Shown: positions 59,775 through 64,000 of the stretch, in pieces | Numbering within the stretch: position 1 is the first letter of the stretch | How the letters are laid out: each line of letters starts with the position of its first letter | Source of the DNA: Spirochaetia bacterium | GTDB taxonomy: Bacteria > Spirochaetota > Spirochaetia > UBA9216 | Reading direction: 5' to 3' | DNA: 64,000 bases | Assembly (NCBI GenBank): GCA_963675665.1 | Contig: OY776510.1 | Coordinates: 4,480,001 to 4,544,000 of the forward strand | Position numbers and translations under genes: made by a program | Notes under the pieces: generated by a model | What the model was told of the DNA's origin: nothing | What the model saw: only the letters and a program-made list of their open reading frames with translations | Database searches by the model: none

Positions 59775-59807
59775 CAATCAGCATCCGGAAGCAATATGTT
59801 TCACTCC

Positions 59808-59866
59808 CTGCTCCGCCTTTTCAGTTGCTACGAAGCAGCCTCGGTTGAGCTGAAGGCGGAGGGCAG
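59808..59866. terminator. GC-rich stem-loop between convergent genes
   Basis: CTCCGCCTT...AAGGCGGAG. Confidence 0.5.
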
Positions 59867-59890
59867 AAACCCCGGAGCATATTCTTTCAC

Positions 59891-61631
59891 CTACCGGGAG
59901 CGAGCAGGACGTAAGCCAAAGCGACTATCCCCATCTCCTGGGCCATAAGCTCCCCGACTGTATACCCGGCAACGATCCTCAGTATTGAGCCAGCAGCCAC
60001 CTCGTAAAATCCGGGAGGAACCAGAGGATGGGCCTGTCGGATTAGTCACTGGTGTATAATTGTAGTCGCCGGACCAGTCCCAACACCATTCCCAGACATT
60101 CCCACTCATATCGTACAGACCAAGCTCGTTAGCTGCTTTAGTGCCAACCGTTTTTGTATCACTGTCGCTGTTCTCAGTATACCAAGCTACACCATTTATA
60201 CTATTACTGCCTGAGTATGTATAACCACTGCTGTTGTTTCCCCCTCTTGCGGCAAACTGCCACTCTGCCTCGGTCGGCAGACGGTAGCCATTCTCGTTCC
60301 AGTCGCATCCCGCGTTATCGCAGGTTGTTGCATTTGAATCCTTTATAACTACGCTGCTGTAGGTATATACAGGTGTTAGTCCTTCATACTCGCTTGCGGC
60401 ATTGCACCAAACCATCGCATCGCGCCAATTGATACTTGTCACCGGCTCGTCGAAAGTATCGGACGGCGTTCCATCATCCCCAGCTTGCCCGGCATTGTCG
60501 AAGCTGTAGCCGTGGCTTAAAGCCCAGGCGTAAACCTCCTCCCATTCGGCAAATGTTACTTCATATTTTCCTATTGTAAAATCAGACAGTGTCACCTCGC
60601 TTCCAAGGATAAATGTACCGCCGTCAACAGAGACCATTTCTACGATTATTATAAGAAAATCAGAAACAGCAGACCAGGCGCCGTACTGATCGTCGCCGTC
60701 CTTCGTCCGCACCTGCCAGAAGAGTGTATCTCCGACGTTCAGGCTTGAAGGGTATTGATATTCCGTTGTCGGAGCTGTAACTGTATGTACAGTGACTGAA
60801 GCTATATCGCTGCCTCCGGCAGTTGTTGTATAACGCAGCTCATAGCCTGCAGCACCGTCAACTGAATCCCAGCTCAACGTCGGGGTTGTGTCGGTTGTTG
60901 AGCCGTCATCGGTGGGGCTTATACCGCTGATTGTGCCCCAACTTACCTGCAGACTGTATACACTGCTCCACGCTGCATGTTGCCCATTTGTATTTACAGC
61001 TCGTACTCTCCAGTAATGGATCTGATTGTTCGTCATCGCTGCCGTAGGGGTGTAGCTGTTTGCTTCGGCAGTTTCGATTGCTGCCGATGTAACGCCTGTT
61101 TCAGTGTAAGCTATCTGTACCTCATAGCTTACGGCGCCGTCTACAGCGTCCCAGCTCAGCGTCGGGGTTGTGTCAGTTGTTAAACCACCGTTTGTCGGGT
61201 TGATTCCGCTTATTGCATCGGAAGGGGTGAGGGGTGATACTTCTGACCCCCCCCCAGTCACCGTCCTTATAAGCGGAAACACGCCAGTAATAGGTAACTT
61301 CTGCAGTCAGGTTAGCATCGATACTTAAAATATGGCTGCTGAAATCATCTGCGGAATAGATTATATCCGTAAAACCTGAATCCGTTGCTATCTCTATCTT
61401 ATAAGCCTCAGCGCCGACTACCTCGCTTACGGTCAGGCTTATGAAGTACTCAACCTCATCATCAACCACCGGTTTTATATCATCCGGGTTGCTGATTGTT
61501 TCAAAACCCTGGTAGTAGTCTGTCGACAGCGGGTCGGTTACGTTGTTGAACTCATGAGAACAGGAAACGGTAATAAAAATCAGTGCAACCAAGCCGACTG
61601 ACAATACTGCTGCGATAAACCTTTCTTTCAT
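59891..61631 (-). pseudogene. Lipoprotein with Fn3-like repeats and C-terminal FGE-sulfatase (CLec) domain, frameshifted at a G9 tract
   Basis: Lipobox ITVSC; YYWRV repeats; RLPTEAEW, NELGLYDMSGNVWEW, RGG.W; frames switch at 61247-61255. Confidence 0.85.
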
Positions 61632-63370
61632 TATTCCATTCCCCCTTCAAGTTTTGCCAGCTCAGCTGAAACGCGGGCTATGCCTTCATCATAGTCTCCC
61701 GGAGATTCGCCGATAAATCCGAATATTAATCCTGCAGCTGATGCAACTCCACCCGCTATTCCTGCAGCAAGACTAACGGTGTCCCATAATTCAACCTGCG
61801 AACGGTATTCCGATGTCTCGGGGGTAATAGTCGAGGTTTGATAATCGGCATACGCCAGGTTAGCCAAAATTATTCCCATACCCATAACGGCCAAAGCAGC
61901 ACCTCCTGTGCTTAAAGCTGCAATACTGATAATTTTTTTCGTCTTTTTTGACGATTCAGCTTTTTCCTTCGACGCGTGAAGTTCATCTAGTTCATTTTTC
62001 AGGGATTCTATTCTGTATTGCCGGTATTCTTCTTCCGTATTGTTTTTAAGATTAACGACCGAGGTTAGAATATTTTCATCTTTATATTGAGAATTGTCAA
62101 TTTCACCTGTAAGAATTTCCAGATCAGTTATAAACGATTTTACTGCAGCCTTATCATCAAATGAAGTCTTTACTGATTCCGCTTCCGTCTGAAGCTCATT
62201 AAACCGTTTAGTCCAGATTTCCCGCTGCTCATTTTCCTTATAGGCTTCTGTATGTTCAAGCTGAGGAGACAACGAAGCTGTTCTGCCCTTTACAATCCGC
62301 ACGGAACCTTCAGAAGTTTTATAATCCCTGCCGCTTAAAGAATAACTGTATTCACCGGTCTGTAAATTAACAATTCTGCCGTTTCTGCTGAATCTATGTA
62401 AAGCACCGCCGGAGCCCTTCAGGGTACCGGATACGCCCGAAGGTAAAATATATTCAAAAATTCCTACCGCATACGGATATGCATCAACCTTTGTAGTATC
62501 ACCCTCAGTGATATTGACCTCTTCGCTGTAATAGAATCCCCCTCCTGAAAGTTCGAGCTTCGCAGTGCCTACAGACAAATCCTTAAAAAGACCCGAACCG
62601 AGAGAGCCGAGGTCTCTACCGTTTAGAGAAACATTAACACCGCTCTCCGAAGACTTGATAAACAGGTTACCCTGCTTTATTTTCAAGCTTAATTCCAGCT
62701 CCTGCATTCCTTCTACGATATTTACTTCCCGTGATGCATACATATTCCCTGAACGCGCCTCAACCATAACTTTGCCGACCGGAATACGGCTGAATACATC
62801 GGGGCTTTTCCCCTTCTGCACGCCGTTTATATAGATATCGCAACCGGAAGGCTCTGTCGAAATAAACACTTCTCCAAAGGCGTCCGCGATCTGCACCGAA
62901 CCTCCTGAAGTATATGTTAAACCGGCAATGGCATAAGCAAGTGTCTTTGACTTTTCCGGCATCTCCGACAAGCTCATCGCTTGAATATCCGCCGCTTGCA
63001 GGTTTTTTCCAAGCTTTACATCAATCAGTTTTGCTGTAAGCACGTAGGTTCCGCCAATCTGCGACATCGAACCCAGCACGATCTGCTCGGCGGACAGGAG
63101 TTCTCCTATCTCGATGGCACAGGCGTCGTCGGTACATCCCGAAAGGCTGAATGCCTGTGCATCAAGTATCTCTTCAATCTTGTTCTGCTCTATTACATTA
63201 AAAGCGCCTGTATTGACGAGACCGGTTTCAAATAAGGCTGATACAGCCCGAGCATCAGTTTCGGATACGCCAATAGGTTCAAAAGGAATAATCGCCACTC
63301 GCGGCTGGTTTTGCGCCGATAAAAAAAGTGGAGTAAGCAAAACCAGGCAAATAACCAGTATTTTTTTCAT
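61631..63370 (-). CDS. Exported CsgG/TolB_N-like + PEGA-domain protein with C-terminal TM helices
   Basis: Signal peptide, CTDDACAIEIG.LL.AE, ISTEPSGCDIYING...GKSP. Confidence 0.8.
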   Translation of the reverse strand: MKKILVICLVLLTPLFLSAQNQPRVAIIPFEPIGVSETDARAVSALFETGLVNTGAFNVIEQNKIEEILDAQAFSLSGCTDDACAIEIGELLSAEQIVLGSMSQIGGTYVLTAKLIDVKLGKNLQAADIQAMSLSEMPEKSKTLAYAIAGLTYTSGGSVQIADAFGEVFISTEPSGCDIYINGVQKGKSPDVFSRIPVGKVMVEARSGNMYASREVNIVEGMQELELSLKIKQGNLFIKSSESGVNVSLNGRDLGSLGSGLFKDLSVGTAKLELSGGGFYYSEEVNITEGDTTKVDAYPYAVGIFEYILPSGVSGTLKGSGGALHRFSRNGRIVNLQTGEYSYSLSGRDYKTSEGSVRIVKGRTASLSPQLEHTEAYKENEQREIWTKRFNELQTEAESVKTSFDDKAAVKSFITDLEILTGEIDNSQYKDENILTSVVNLKNNTEEEYRQYRIESLKNELDELHASKEKAESSKKTKKIISIAALSTGGAALAVMGMGIILANLAYADYQTSTITPETSEYRSQVELWDTVSLAAGIAGGVASAAGLIFGFIGESPGDYDEGIARVSAELAKLEGGME

Positions 63371-63471
63371 ATCATTTCCTTAATTTACATTGTATAAACA
63401 CTTTAAAACATTATTTACTAAACAACATTTTATACCATGGATCTTTCCTATACAATTAAAAAATATCGCAT

Positions 63472-63500
63472 TTGACAGCCCTGTCAGGCGGTCATATAAT
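63472..63500 (+). promoter_or_regulatory. Perfect consensus sigma70 promoter, leaderless ppk2
   Basis: TTGACA-17-TATAAT, 6 nt before ATG 63507. Confidence 0.8.
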
Positions 63501-63506
63501 TTATTT

Positions 63507-64000
63507 ATGAGTGAAACAGACAGCAGACTATCCGTAAAAATCGGGAAGAAAGAATACGAAGCCGAACTCAGGCGGCTGCAGATAGAACTTGTCAAACTTC
63601 AGGAGTGGCTCAAGGATGAAGGAATCAAGGTTGTGGCAATTTTCGAGGGGCGCGACGCGGCGGGCAAAGGCGGCGCAATCAAACGGATAACCGAAAGCCT
63701 TAACCCGCGCTACTGCAGGGTGGCGGCCCTGGGGACCCCGTCGGACCGTGAGAAATCACAGTGGTATTTTCAGCGTTATGTACAACACCTGCCGGCGGCC
63801 GGCGAGATTGTTCTGTTCGACCGATCGTGGTATAACCGCGCCGGGGTTGAACATGTTATGGGTTTCTGCACCGACTCGCAGTACCGTGAATTTCTGCGCA
63901 GCTGTCCGGAATTTGAGAGGATGCTTGTCCGTTCCGGAATTAAACTGCTTAAATACTGGTTCTCCGTCAGCGATGAAGAACAGGAGAAGCGGTTTCAGGC
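63507..64000 (+). CDS. ppk2: Polyphosphate kinase 2 (partial, runs off window)
   Basis: Manual translation: [37 protein letters not shown]. Confidence 0.95.
   Translation, partial: MSETDSRLSVKIGKKEYEAELRRLQIELVKLQEWLKDEGIKVVAIFEGRDAAGKGGAIKRITESLNPRYCRVAALGTPSDREKSQWYFQRYVQHLPAAGEIVLFDRSWYNRAGVEHVMGFCTDSQYREFLRSCPEFERMLVRSGIKLLKYWFSVSDEEQEKRFQ

Overview
The left 46 kb is a large AT-rich sedentary chromosomal integron. It has intI (+ strand, split by an in-frame TAG), attI at ~44.82 kb, and a minus-strand array of 28 complete cassettes plus one partial cassette that runs off the left edge. The cassettes are delimited by 28 related, branched attC sites of 134-148 bp. Cargo includes three type II toxin-antitoxin pairs, a methyltransferase + HNH restriction-modification pair, several nuclease/NTPase/Schlafen/RES candidate defence genes, ATPases and membrane proteins. 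Four apparently identical IS4-family copies and one IS66 have invaded the array. Two patterns are not explained by standard integron anatomy. (1) Ten cassettes with unrelated cargo share a scaffold: a conserved promoter-like leader with an invariant 23-nt hairpin, and a related trailer hairpin 19-20 nt from the attC. Both hairpins fold on the bottom strand with c(GGA)g triloops. (2) Six gene-less cassettes form a conserved, apparently structured non-coding family. The right 18 kb is more GC-rich housekeeping DNA: NADH oxidase, thioredoxin, nadC-nadA-nadB-niaR, an IS481-interrupted lipoprotein, tyrS, glyQS, an AAA ATPase, a G9-frameshifted Fn3/FGE lipoprotein, a PEGA protein and ppk2. Gene content suggests a spirochaete host, which is inference. 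All domain calls are from motif recognition by eye, not database searches. Cassettes are numbered C1 (next to attI) to C29 (left edge).
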